DNA of 63,722 nucleotides, counting the filler. It is 23 parts of 23 records of this genome, joined end to end, with 100 filler letters (N's around TTAATTAATTAA, not from the genome) between each part and the next. Parts side by side here need not be neighbours in the genome. Positions count along the whole stretch, not along the records: positions 24,635 to 26,901 come from SRR36015645_58055; positions 27,002 to 29,097 come from SRR36015645_58247; positions 29,198 to 31,504 come from SRR36015645_58396; positions 31,605 to 33,706 come from SRR36015645_59867; positions 33,807 to 36,822 come from SRR36015645_60289; 18 more parts are not named here. One strand, written 5' to 3'. The notes beneath the pieces were generated by a model. The model saw only the letters and a list, made by a program, of their open reading frames with translations. It ran no database searches and had not been told where the DNA came from. Below are positions 24,635-36,822 of the stretch, in pieces. Positions within the stretch are counted from its first letter, which is position 1; each line of letters begins with the position of its first letter. Made by a program: the position numbers and the translations under genes.

Positions 24635-26749
24635 TTTGGCTACTTGTCCACCTGGCAATGTAATCCCTTTGATGCTTTGGTCTTGTCTAATGGTAGAATC
24701 CAACGGTTCGCCAGTTAAAAGATACAAAATCATTGACAGTGGGCAGCCCTGTCTCAGCGATCTGGTTACTGATATAGTGTCTGTTAGTTCTCCATTTACC
24801 ATCACCATCGCTTCCATCTTGGAATAGATGATCTGTATCCATCGTCTCATGTTTGGTCCAAATCCGAACCTTTCTAGAACTTTGTGAAGCCAGGAATGTT
24901 CCACCCGGTCGAAAGCTTTAGCATTGTCCAGACACATGATAGCTGATGTTGACTGGGTAGTTAGTGTTCTTTCTATGATTCCTTGTATCAGGTAGATATT
25001 GTCAAAGATGAAGCGATCTGTTATTCCACATGTCTGGTTGATGTGAAGTAGCTTTGGTAGAACAGGTCGAAATCTTGATGCTAGTGCTTTTGTCAGTATT
25101 TTGTAGTCCAGGTTTAGAAGAGAAATAGGCCGGTAGTTATTCAGTAGACGGTGATCATTTTTCTTGTAGAGTAGTTTGATGATTGCCATTGTTAAGCTTT
25201 CTGGTAACTTGCCTGCCAGGAATGCGTTGTTAACCATTTCTGTGAGTTCATCTCCAATCAAGTACCAGTATTCCCTGTAAAATTCTTTGGGCAAGCCATC
25301 CTGACCCGGCGTTTTGTTGTTTGCCATTGATGAAAGAGCTGCGAATAATTCATCCTTTGTGATGAATGATTCCATTTTATCTCTGTCTTCTTTTGTTAGT
25401 GATGTAGAAATTCTGTTTAGAAATTGGTCTTGCACGTGTGAATCGGTCGGTTCACTCTTAAAGAGCTCTTCATAGAACTTTTGAACTACTTTCTTTAATC
25501 CTTCCTGAGTTTCTGTTATGTTTCCTGCGTCATCATACAAGGTATGGATGTACTGCTTCATATTGTTATGCTGTTCTAGGCCTGCAAAGTATTCCGGCGA
25601 AGTTTCCCCTTGCTCCAGATAAGCAGCACGTGACCTGATCTTCACGCCCTCTAGTTTTTGGGTTTCCATGATTTTCAGTGTAGATTTTGTATCTGTTATC
25701 TCTTTTAGAATCGTATCTTTTTCTGTTCTATCCTGTATCTTGTCCATCTTTTCGACCAGATTCTTTAACTTCTCAACGTTTTGGTCGTGTGTTTGTCTCT
25801 CTTGTTTGGACTTTTCCACGCAATAGCTGATGATTGTTGACTTTATCTTTGTTTTCAGCTTGTCCCACCATATCTGCATATCCTGGAATGTGTGTTTCTT
25901 CTCACGCCATTGATTGACACAGTGCTCTATCTTTGCTTTCAGGCTTTCCTCGTTTAGAACTGATGTATTGCAGCGCCAAATTCCCTTGCCCCGTGTGCTG
26001 TAGAAGCTGTTGTTGACGTGGAAGGTAACGTAGTTATGGTCGCTGTATGCTGATGGTGTTGATTCGCATTTGACTACGTGTTGGAGGACGTCAGGTGATG
26101 CATACATCCGGTCTAGTCTAGAGGCTCTTCCTTGTTGATCGTGGTGGGTAAAGTTTCGGCTGGTTGGATACAAAAAGCGATACACATCTGTTAATTTGTA
26201 TTCATCTTTTATCTCATTAAATTGTACGGAGCCGGCTGTACTATAGTACTGGACAAAATGATTTGTGTCCAGCTCTTCCTCTATCATGTTAAAATCGCCC
26301 AATATAAGGCAATTTCCGTCAATCTTACCCGAAAGATGGCGCTTTATTTCTGCATAAAATTTCTTGCGATCTGTTTTTTGGTTCACGGCGTAGACATTTA
26401 CCAAGGAATACCGCTTTTTACAAAGTGAGAAATTCACCAGCAAACAGCGCCCTTTAATGATTTCGAAAGTGTTGTGAATTTCTAAGTCATTGCCTAAAAC
26501 CGAGTTAAAAAGTATGCCTACGCCAGCTGTATAATTAGCTCTGTGATCGGCAAAACTCCAAAAACACAGCTTTTCGTTCCAATGTTTGTATATAACTGAT
26601 TTTTCGCTTTTTGACAGCTCATGAACTTCTTGTAGTACTGCAATTGAAGGATTTTTGTTTTTAAGCAGTGTTGCAATTTGCTGAGTTTTGCCTTTCATAC
26701 CATTAACATTAAATGTTAAAATGGTGTTAGTTTTTGATGTATTTGCCAT
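24635..26749 (-). CDS. Tx1/L1-group LINE ORF2 (APE endonuclease plus RT), truncated just before the YADD motif
   Basis: TFNVNG, LQEVH, NVYA, GDFN, SRLDR, SDH endonuclease motifs. KTPGQDG, NYRPISLLN, KAFDRV and RQGCPLS RT motifs. Confidence 0.93.
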
Positions 26750-27001
26750 GATAGAGGAAGTGTTTGATAATACAATAAATAAAAAGTACACAAAAATTAA
26801 GATTTCCATTTTGAGTTTTTTTGTGGTCACTCCAAGTCGTTTGTTGCACATGATCTATGTTGTCTTTGAGTTTGTTGTCTCTAGTTGGTCTTCGTCTATA
26901 ANNNNNNNNNNNNNNNNNNNNNNNNNNNNNNNNNNNNNNNNNNNNTTAATTAATTAANNNNNNNNNNNNNNNNNNNNNNNNNNNNNNNNNNNNNNNNNNN
27001 N

Positions 27002-27092
27002 TTGTTATATCTACTTCATTTATGTTACATAATTGCCTGATATAGTCTGAATGTGTATTCTCTAAGTATGGTCTCAAATGTTCTGAAGCCAT
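27002..27092 (-). CDS. Possible N-terminus of a truncated ORF (MASEHLRPYLENTHSDYIRQLC...)
   Basis: ATG at 27092 with frame open to the contig edge, on the same strand as the neighbouring ORFs. Too short to assign. Confidence 0.3.
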
Positions 27093-27164
27093 TCTGAAGT
27101 TTATCCCCCAACAACCCTTATAATTTGTTATAGTAATCCTAATTGTATAACTTCCCCTTATCAG

Positions 27165-28454
27165 AGCAATGCTGCTTTGATGTACAGTTGTACTACAATA
27201 AAGAGGCAATACTGCCTTCTTTTTCCAAACCCTTGATGCCCTGATATCCTAACACAACCTACAATTACCCTATCTTTCAATAAAGCGACAATACTGTCTT
27301 CTTTTTTCCAAACATTTTCATTTTTATTCCAACATATACATGTAGTGACATATTATTATTTATAATAACAAACAAAAATAATACTCGTCGAAGTGGCAAT
27401 GCTGCCCACTTCTTAACAAAAGTAGATCTTCCTGAAGTGACAATACCGTCCCCTTCTTAACAAAAGCACATTTTATTTAACTGAAATTACCATTCTGTCA
27501 CTTACACACTTGACCAAAGTAAATTTATTTATCTGAAGCGGCAATACTGCCCACTTCTTAACAATATCTTACCACCCTGAGTGTAACACATTTACTATTT
27601 GTCTAGCCCACTTATCTGACAATGCCCCATTAGGGTGTACACCATCTGTTAATTTATACTCCCGTAAAATGATATTTTTAATGTCCGTGTATGGTTTCAT
27701 TAGCGATCTATCGAGTCTAGGAAACTGTGTTATCCCATTCCCCCTATTATACTCTACGATTACCTCATTTGCGTTTATCAATGTTTCTAATTCCTGTTCA
27801 TTTGTACAATACCGGGGGGGTATCGTGCATAACACAACCTTGATTCCGAATATCGTGCACAAGTTTTGAATTTCTTTAACAAAAGTCTTTACAAACTCCA
27901 CCTTTTCCGTCTTGTTAATCTCATGTACATATTCCGGCTTTATTAATTCGTGCGGTTTACAGAATAATTGATTCTTTTTTGAACAGTTACAAACGTGTCT
28001 GACCCGTTTCCCATAGAGTTCATTTGTTCCTGCCACTACTATTACTGACCGTACATTATATTGTATAATTTGATCTCTTATTTCCGTCACAATGTCCTCG
28101 AATTTTGCACCCGGCTTTACTTTTACTCGTAGGCCTTCTGCTTCCCTTTTCAGCAATGTTTCGCAGTTCCTTAATAGTGAATCCGATACCACAGCATATT
28201 GGTCGAATCTTTTTGCTAGCTTCGGTAATTTTTCCGGGACGTTCTCCACCCTAGTCACGTTGCTAATAGCACTGCGCTTGTTTGTTCGCTTTCGATACAC
28301 TGAAATATAGTAATACTCATTTTTTACATTTTACAACAATGCATAAATTCTGTGGTTTGTTATCCTAATTTTTAATAGCCCCCATGTTGTCGTTATTTTA
28401 ACAATACTAATTTATTTACTGCAGATAACATAAATTAATAGCGACAATACTGTC
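27165..28454. repeat. Dispersed 12-nt hairpin motif RRCA-ATNC-(T/C)GYY, 7 copies
   Basis: AGCAATGCTGCT 27165, GGCAATACTGCC 27205, GACAATACTGTC 27287, GGCAATGCTGCC 27395, GACAATACCGTC 27439, GGCAATACTGCC 27540, GACAATACTGTC 28443. Most are followed by a pyrimidine-rich CTTCTT tail. Confidence 0.85.
27569..28300 (-). CDS. SGNH/GDSL hydrolase-fold protein (start uncertain, possibly spliced)
   Basis: Blocks VVSDSLL (I), KPGAK (II), VAGTNEL (III), VVLCTIPPR and DGVHP (V). No in-frame ATG after the upstream stop, and a TTTCAG acceptor-like site lies at the start. Confidence 0.8.
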   Translation of the reverse strand: MYRKRTNKRSAISNVTRVENVPEKLPKLAKRFDQYAVVSDSLLRNCETLLKREAEGLRVKVKPGAKFEDIVTEIRDQIIQYNVRSVIVVAGTNELYGKRVRHVCNCSKKNQLFCKPHELIKPEYVHEINKTEKVEFVKTFVKEIQNLCTIFGIKVVLCTIPPRYCTNEQELETLINANEVIVEYNRGNGITQFPRLDRSLMKPYTDIKNIILREYKLTDGVHPNGALSDKWARQIVNVLHSGW

Positions 28455-28482
28455 CCTATTTTCCCAATATTTCTGGCACACT

Positions 28483-28743
28483 TTAAGCTATTGCAAAATA
28501 CTCTTTCTTTATATCTTCCTCTGAAAAAATCTTCATTTTTTCTATGCTTTGTACAATTTCCTCTGTGTTCACTATTTCTGCATTTTTCATGTCTGCTATA
28601 ATTCTAGTGCCCACTAATTTACAATTCCTTTTGTATACATTCTCCAACTTAATACTGTGAATAATTTCTTTCAAAATGTTCTCTATAAATTCAAAATTCA
28701 TAGTACTAGGAGTTTCTGTGTTCTCTGATGTTTTATTGCCCAT
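28483..28743 (-). CDS. Small hypothetical protein (86 aa)
   Basis: ATG-to-stop ORF in very AT-rich DNA, helical charged composition, co-oriented with the SGNH ORF. Confidence 0.45.
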   Translation of the reverse strand: MGNKTSENTETPSTMNFEFIENILKEIIHSIKLENVYKRNCKLVGTRIIADMKNAEIVNTEEIVQSIEKMKIFSEEDIKKEYFAIA

Positions 28744-31606
28744 TATATCTAAGTTATATTATATATCCAATAGTAAAATCAATCCATTTCTCTACTTAAT
28801 AAATGTGATGCTCTTTACTTAAAGTTCCCAAAAAATTCGTTTTAACCGACTGCGCCAATGTAGTGGGTGGCAGGAATACTAGTACAAGTTTTACATATGG
28901 ATCGGATATTTGACAAACTCTGTGCTTAAATTCACATATTTTATTTACACTATTTACATGGAATTACAGAAAATATACTTAAACATTGAAAAGTAAGAAT
29001 GCTCTTACTCTTGTACAGAAGTTGAAGCAGGAAGACAGCAATTCTGCTAGTAGTTCCGCTCTGTCTACCGTAATACTACGGTCTCGCACTGATCATTNNN
29101 NNNNNNNNNNNNNNNNNNNNNNNNNNNNNNNNNNNNNNNNNTTAATTAATTAANNNNNNNNNNNNNNNNNNNNNNNNNNNNNNNNNNNNNNNNNNNNCTT
29201 GAAATCCGGATAATCACCGTCGTGGTAATTTCAGAAACCGGTTTACTTACTATAGCAGTGTGACAATTACCATAACAAAAGCGACCGAGAGGAAATTAGA
29301 GAGCCCTAATCGGTCATCTGTTTGTAAAAACGAAAAAACCTCTGTGACCCACATGTATATTAAAATATACTAAGCCTACTCGTGTAATATCTTTAAAATT
29401 CCTTTCACATTGGTAGGAAGTTAAAAAAAACGGTACCTGATGTTCTTTTGGCTACTGTCGCATTAATTTTCGCGACCTCAGTGATTGGTAGTATACAAAT
29501 TACTCTACACGGTAATATGTAATCTTACACTTCGGTACAGAAATATATCATTACTGAAAGCAGTAGCACGGTTATAGTCACCAGCAATGAAGACACTTGC
29601 AACTGACAGATTGTGTGACACGCCCTCTTCAATCTTACATATTGGTATTTTAATAGGTAAAATGACCTTACGGTATCATATTGGGGTGATTGAGGTTTAT
29701 AAGACACAGCATAATTATATAACCAAAGAGGGTGCTTGTTAAATTAGTGTCAATGTTTTTGGATATCTGTTGTGAATTGGTGTGTCTGTCTGGAAATCAC
29801 TGCACATGTAATTATAGATGATGGGTCCAGTACGAAGTCGTCTTATAGGAATTACATTTTTTGCAGTTGCAGCTTGCAGAAAAACACAGACAATTTTCTC
29901 GGGCGCCAAAGCGTCACAATGACATCCCAATAGCTGCACAGGCACCTGTTTCATTTGAAACCTAACAACCATAGAATAAGTTGCTCTTACAACCAATGTG
30001 CATGGATTTTTTTGCATTGTTTAGGCCTACATCATTAAAAAAAAGTGTGCATTTATTGTTCTGCTTCTTATTATAATTTGGTACCATACAATTTTTCGAC
30101 CTGCTCGTCTGGACAGAATCACTAAAACATGGATTTCGGATTATCTGTGTGATTTTCTCTTCATTTGTGCCTGTTCCACTTTTATTTGGTCTACGGCCTT
30201 TTCTCGGCCGCTATTGCAGCCATAAGTGTACACGGATCTGCACCCAGATCCTGCCGGATCCTCACTGTTAAGGCAGATAAGGATCAGGACCAGGAATCAA
30301 GGAGAGGATTCGGACCGGATCGGATCTTGCTCAAAACTAAAATATAATCATCATCGATTATTGCCTCCATCACTGTATCTGACACGCACTGTATGTACAG
30401 TATCTGGACAGGATAAGGATCCAAATGTGTAGTACAGGGCTGAATCCGGATCGGATCGAATCGTGGTCTAAGACTGCCGGATGAGGGCTTGGATCCTAAA
30501 TTTATGAATCCATGCGATTGAAGCTACTATCACAAAACTACTGTAACAAACATCGATCTCAGTGTATGGCGGTCACACTTTTAGTTTATTATAGAAATTT
30601 TACAGTTTGTACACAGGCCTACAATTAATGCTTTCCCATACATGTATGTAGCATAATAGTATCAGTATTCTTTGCGCCTGCCACGTTTGCTCGTATCGAA
30701 CACGTAAGCCACCTTGATTTCAGATAGGCGTTCTCTACTTTGCATTCAATGTCTTTAAATTGGGGAAAATCTTCTGATCGTCTTGGAACTTGGTGAGTGA
30801 GGATGCTCCTTACGTAATAGGTAAAATGTCCGATTTTATCTTTTTTTGTTGTTGCAATAGATCACTCAAAATTCAACATTTCTGCTGTTGGATTTGCAGA
30901 TAACTCTCGCTCGGCAGGGCTGCCTTGACTCAGACTTGTGTGCATTAACAGCGTTTTCCCTTTGGGTGTCCCTAATTAACCGTGCTAGTGCCAAATGAAA
31001 AAAAAAAAAAAATAACATCGTTATAAGTAAAGCCAGCAGCACGGTCGGTCCATTTGGTATTACCACCGTAGCCCATTGTTATATAGTAGCATTGATAAAA
31101 TGGAAAAATAAGTATAGCAGAAACTATGTAATCTTCAACTAAATTCTGCATTCATACAAAAAAACTGTGTTCAAATCTTAATCCTCTTTGTAAGAACTGT
31201 ATAAACCGGATCAGATGATATGTAGGGCATTCTGTGAATAACCTAACACACACATGCACAATGCACATGGAATATTAGCTCAGTCAAATACAATACACTG
31301 ATATATTAGCCTAGTCAAGTGGACATATTAGATTACTGTATATGATTGTATTCTATTCATGCATAACCACGTGAAATTACTATCTGTGCGTCTTTGTACA
31401 AATGTGAATGAAAATGGAGCTTTTTGTATTTATTATATATAGCAAAACCGAAGAAAACTGGGTCAAAAAATCAAACCGATAAAGGTTCAAGCTGTATCAT
31501 CTTGNNNNNNNNNNNNNNNNNNNNNNNNNNNNNNNNNNNNNNNNNNNNTTAATTAATTAANNNNNNNNNNNNNNNNNNNNNNNNNNNNNNNNNNNNNNNN
31601 NNNNGC

Positions 31607-32374
31607 GTGGATGAGGCCTACTTCCATGGTCTGATAAAACGGGCCATTTGTGATCCGGAATGCCTGTCAGCTATATCCGCCTACGTCAAGGCAGATATTA
31701 AGTCAGAGCTCCAAGACATCATTGATGCGCGTGTGACCGCCGCACTCAAGGAGACAGAGTCCTGCATCGCCGAACTACAGGCTGATAACACCGAGCTGCG
31801 TGCCACCGTCCAGTCCCTTAAGGACACTGTCGACCAGCAAGCTGTTGCCATTGACGACCTGGAGCAGTACGGGCGCAGAAACGCGGTTCGTTTTTGGGGC
31901 ATTCCTGAGGAACGAGGCGAAAATACCGACCAGCTGGTATTCGATATCTGCAAGAAGGCTAGCATTAACATCACGCTAGCTGATATTTCACGCTCGCACC
32001 GAGTGGGGCGCCCGTCGCCAACGCCTGCCCAGAAGCCTAGAGGCATAATCTGTAAGTTTGTCTCATACCGAGCGAGGCGAGCCGTGTACGTGGGCCGCAA
32101 GGGATTCCGCCACAAACCTGAGCTCCGCAACATCTATGTGTCGGAAGATTTAACAAGAAGACGGAACGCGCTATTCAAGGCCACGAGGAAGCTGCAGGCC
32201 GAGAAGAAAATTCAGGGTTGTTGGACGTCGAACTGTTCGATCTTGGCCAAGGACGCAAAGGGAGACATTATGGTGGTGAAGTCCTTGAACGACGTCGATT
32301 GCCTTAAGGCCGTGCATGTTGTTGCACAGGACGAATCACGAATTGCTGATAGTAGGCCTATATCTCGAAAGTAG
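31607..32374 (+). CDS. CR1/L2-group LINE ORF1 (coiled coil, L1-type RRM, FP25K-like C-terminal domain), 5' truncated
   Basis: Coiled coil, then DLEQYGRRNAVRFWGIPE, SHRVGR, PRGIICKF, IYVSEDLT and WT..C.I. Followed by a long AT-rich spacer. Confidence 0.85.
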   Translation: MDEAYFHGLIKRAICDPECLSAISAYVKADIKSELQDIIDARVTAALKETESCIAELQADNTELRATVQSLKDTVDQQAVAIDDLEQYGRRNAVRFWGIPEERGENTDQLVFDICKKASINITLADISRSHRVGRPSPTPAQKPRGIICKFVSYRARRAVYVGRKGFRHKPELRNIYVSEDLTRRRNALFKATRKLQAEKKIQGCWTSNCSILAKDAKGDIMVVKSLNDVDCLKAVHVVAQDESRIADSRPISRK

Positions 32375-33807
32375 CCTCTAGGCTATTATCGCATTATATA
32401 CATGCATGTATAATAAAATATGTGAAGTAGGCCGTCTAGCCGTAGTAATAAGCCTATTGCGTATAATTACAAGACATTTTTTATTGATTTAATACACTGA
32501 GCAAGTACATTGTATAGGCCTACATATGCAAAAGCATTGCACAGCACATAATACTGTAGTTTCTTCCAGGAATTATACCGGTGTACAATAATTAGCCAAC
32601 ACGGCCACACAGTATTGAAAAAGTATTGATATTATTATTTTTTTATATATACATGCATTTTAGCTGATCGGTTTATTCATATACTATCCATATGATAATA
32701 TGCATATTATTCGCATACTTTTATTCAATCAATATTTGTCCAATATTGTACGATACTCGAGTGTAGTCTATAGGCCTACTGCCTGTTCCCATTGCGAGAT
32801 ATACCCTGCTGACTGCTAGATTGTGTGCATTTCCTGCTCAAATATGTATTTTGACCAAATTCTTAAAAGTGTTGTTTTCACAGCTATTTCTACCATATTT
32901 TTGAAAAACTAGACTCTAACGTTACTATAGTGCAAAAATCTATGTTGACGTACATGTAAGTGGAGATCGTTAAGCAAATTAATTTTGTGCTAGAAGGTTA
33001 GTAACGTGAGCAAGCAATACACTATTAAAAAAATTCAGTTTTTCAAGTTATGCTCAGCTAGTGGCAATGAACGCCGGTTTTCAAGTGATGCTCAGCTAGT
33101 GACAATAAACGGATCTATAGGAGAGCAATATATTTTTCTTTTGCTGAACAAGTATGATTTTTGTGGTTTCACATTTTCAATAGTATAATCTACTATATTA
33201 GCATCTAAAGGATGCGGTATGAACAACTTATTAATTTGTTCTGTTTCGAAAAAGTAAAAAAACAAGTATAATATTATGAGCATTATACATTTTCTGAGAT
33301 TAGTAACAGTTCGCAGCACGAAATATTGAAATTTGATAAAATTTAATTTAGCTATACTGATAAATCTTATGTAATGGCACAAGCTATTACCCGTGTACAT
33401 ACATTTTTACAAAACTTTTTCTTTTTTGTTGTTATCCTTTTTGTGATAGGGAACTCTATTGCATATTTATGCATACTACTTTTTGTGTTATTTAAATTTT
33501 TGTTACATTGTTGTACTAACTCTTGTGATGACAGTGGCAGTAGTGTTTGGTATTCGCATTCGTATTTACATCCAAACGGTCATTTAGGTTGTGCCTGTGG
33601 TAACTTTGTGTATACCATTATAGCATTTAACGTGGACAAGGCTTCAGATATAGTTGTAATTATTTTAACTATAATGTTTCGACATGGGTAACTCTTTACA
33701 GGATTANNNNNNNNNNNNNNNNNNNNNNNNNNNNNNNNNNNNNNNNNNNNTTAATTAATTAANNNNNNNNNNNNNNNNNNNNNNNNNNNNNNNNNNNNNN
33801 NNNNNNG

Positions 33808-36800
33808 ATGATTCAAATAGTTGAAGCCAAACTTCCCAAGAGTTGGAGAATTGGTTGGAACCGTGAACAAGAGAAGTCAAGCAAAAAGAAGTACTCTTTT
33901 GGAGATCTCATTCGATTCCTGGAACGAGAAATACACATCAGAGAAATGTCTGAACTCGATTGGAATACGGATACAACTTCAAGTGGAAAAAAGTCGGATG
34001 ACAGACATCATGGCAACACATCAAGCAACTCATTTCATAGAAAGGCCAAGTCTGATATGTCTGCTTCAGCTTTAGTAGCTACCAGCAGTGAACCTTCCAA
34101 GTCTCGCTATTGTACCTTCTGTCAAAGAACCAATCATTTGCCGTACCAATGTTACACCAAGATGACATTGGAGGAGCGACGAGAGAAGGTCAAGGAAGCA
34201 AGGGCATGTTTTAAATGTGCAAGGAAGGGTCACATTGCCAGAAAATGTCGCCTAACAAAGAAGTGTGAATGTGGAAGAGTTCACATACCTCAATTATGCA
34301 CTGGTCAGAAGAAGGAGGAATCTGCAAACTCAACATATTCTTCTCATCTCGATGCAACAGCACCACAATATGTTCCTGTGGTTGCTTCAAAGTCATCATG
34401 TTCGACCTCAGCAAATGGACCACAGAAACATGGATTACGTATGAGAACTGTTTGTGTCACCATTGGAGATCAATGTGTGAGAGCACTGTGTGATACAGGA
34501 TGCACCTTCACTATGATTTCATCTTCTGTTGCCAGTAAGATTCCGAAAAGGATTTTACAGAAGCAGGCAATGACCATTGAAACCCTTGGAAGATCTATCA
34601 AGGGCGAATTCGAAGTCATAGAGACAACAGCAAGAGGGTATAACTTTCCTTCAGTCATAACGTTCCAAGCTATTGTCACAGACTGCATTGGTGGATACTT
34701 TGAAAGAATTGACCACAAGAGTATCAGTCTTCTTACTCAATGTACTGGACCTCAGAATGCGGTACTTGCGGATATTCCAGGGGATGAAATGGATCAAATC
34801 GGTATAATCTTTGGAGAAGATGTATACGACAAGCTAATTGTAGGATTGACAATCCCGTTGCCAAATGGAGTGAAAGCTACACCAACAATATTTGGTTGGA
34901 TGCTTCATGGAGGGGAAGGCAGGCCAAACGTTGCAGCCAAAGCTAGTATTTCTCCAACAACAAGAAGCTGTGTCTATCGTGGAACAATTCAAGATCAGTT
35001 AAGTGAATTTTGGAACTTGGAACACATAGGGATACTGCCAAAGGAGATGTTGGACACAAATGTAGAAGAAGAAGTTCGGAACAGCATTGAAATGGACGAA
35101 TCCGGTCACTACATACTAGGATGGCCTTGGAAAGTCAATGCTAAGAAACATTTAGCTTTAAACAAGGAAGTGTCAGAAATTCGACTCAACAAGCTTCTGA
35201 AACGGCAAAGTCCAGACGAATACCAAGCATATCATAAGCAAATAGAATCACTGTTAGAGGATGGCCACATTGAAGAATTACCAGAGGATGCTGTGCCAAT
35301 CTCATATCTTCCCCACAGAGGAATAGTAAAGAAGACATCAGAAACCACCCAACTACGTGTAGTGATGGATGCATCTGCCAAATCAAAAGGCAAGCTATCA
35401 CTGAATGAATGTTTGGAGAATGGTCCTAACTTGTTGTCTTTTCTTTGGGGAATACTCATTCGAGATAGGATTGGCTACGTCTCGGTAACTGGGGATTTAG
35501 AGAAGGCCTTTCTACAGATGATACTCAAGGAAGCAGACAGAAATGCATGCTGCTTTCTCTGGAAGACACCTCCACCCGAAAATCGATGCATCACTTATCG
35601 GATGAAGAAAGTTATGTTTGGAGCTAAGCCGTCTCCATTTCTTCTTCAAGTGACGCTAAAACATCATTTAGAAGCCGAAATAGGTGAAGTTGCAAAATCG
35701 TTGCTCAAGAATATCTACGTGGATGATGTTATCAACTCACTGGATTCAGTAGAAGAAGCAGAGGAGTTTCTGATGACAGCACAAGATATATTCAAGAAGG
35801 GTGGATTCAACTTGCGTAAGATCTACACCAGCAACCAAGAACTCACAAAGAAATTCAACAAATCACCAAAGCAAGGCATGAGCAAGGTTCTAGGTGTTGT
35901 TTGGGATCCAGATGCCGACAATCTTCTTCCATTGGCAGGTGTAACAGATTTGTCACCACATCGCTACACAAAAAGAGAAGCTGCATCTCTTCTAGCCAGA
36001 GTGTACGACCCTCTAGGGTTAGCAAGTCCTGTTGTCACCACACTCAAGTGCTTCATGCAGGATCTTTGGAAGAAAAGGCTGGGATGGGATGAGAATCTAC
36101 CTCCAGAAGATTGCAAAAACTTGGTGGACATACTTGAGAACTTCAAGGATCGTGACCAGCTTGTAGTCAGGCGTTGGATGGGTACTTACCTCCATAAGGT
36201 GGGACTAGAGAATACGCTGCACATCTTTACAGATGCTTCATCAAGAGCATATGCAGCTACTGTATACCTAAGTGTTCAAAGCTTGGATGATGTTGTTACA
36301 AACCTCCTCACTTCCAAGTGTCGATTGGGTCCAGCAATTGGAACAACCATTCCTCGAATGGAATTACTTGGTGCCTTACTAGGAGCTCGTCTGTTACGAT
36401 CCACTTTGGAAGAGTTGGAAGATGTACTCACGATCAAAGAATGCTATCTCTGGACGGACTCTACTATAGTCTTATCCTGGATCGAAAGAGGACCAGGTGT
36501 GGATGGAGTCTTTGTTTCGAATAGGGTAGACGAAATTCGGTCAGTGTCTACAAATTGGCATTGGGTTCCAACGGACTCAAATCCAGCCGACGTTCCAACG
36601 AGAGGGGCTACAATAGAACAGCTCAGCAAGAACGACTTGTGGTGGCATGGTCCATCATGGTTGTCTAAAGAACAAGAGTGTTGGCCAAGGATAAACATAA
36701 AAGCTATGCCTAACATTGTCATCCCCACTGCAGAGGAGAACTCTGAATATGTGGAGGATTTAGTAGAGCCGTTAAGAACGAGCAAATGGACTACCACTCT

Positions 36801-36822
36801 TAGAAGTCTATGTTGGATTCTG
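33808..36822 (+). CDS. BEL/Pao gag-pol (zinc knuckles, protease, RT, RNase H), truncated at both ends
   Basis: CTFCQRTNH..C, CFKCARKGHIARKC, ALCDTGC protease, YLPHRG, GDLEKAFLQ, YVDD, YDPLG, FTDAS, SNPADVPTRG. Confidence 0.95.

Noticed and set aside
13737-26851. Tx1 ORF1 (13737) and ORF2 (26749) as one element, or the BEL fragments as one element
   Set aside because: They are on separate contigs. Four BEL pol fragments cover overlapping domains with different sequences, so they belong to different families.
27431-27545. Hammerhead ribozyme (CTGAAG/CTGAAA words)
   Set aside because: No CUGANGA...GAAA core with three stems could be built.
27165-27560. CRISPR array
   Set aside because: Repeat cores are only 12 nt and variable, spacing is irregular (about 40-110 nt), there are no cas genes and the context is eukaryotic.
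29842-29901. Cys-rich peptide RENCLCFSASCNCKKCN on the minus strand as an Academ Cys8/CXC relic
   Set aside because: Short, bounded by stops, spacing imperfect, and no supporting upstream homology.
33374-33691. Hydrophobic 105-aa ORF after the LINE ORF1
   Set aside because: T-rich composition explains the Phe/Leu/Ile bias, and there is no 2A or endonuclease motif.
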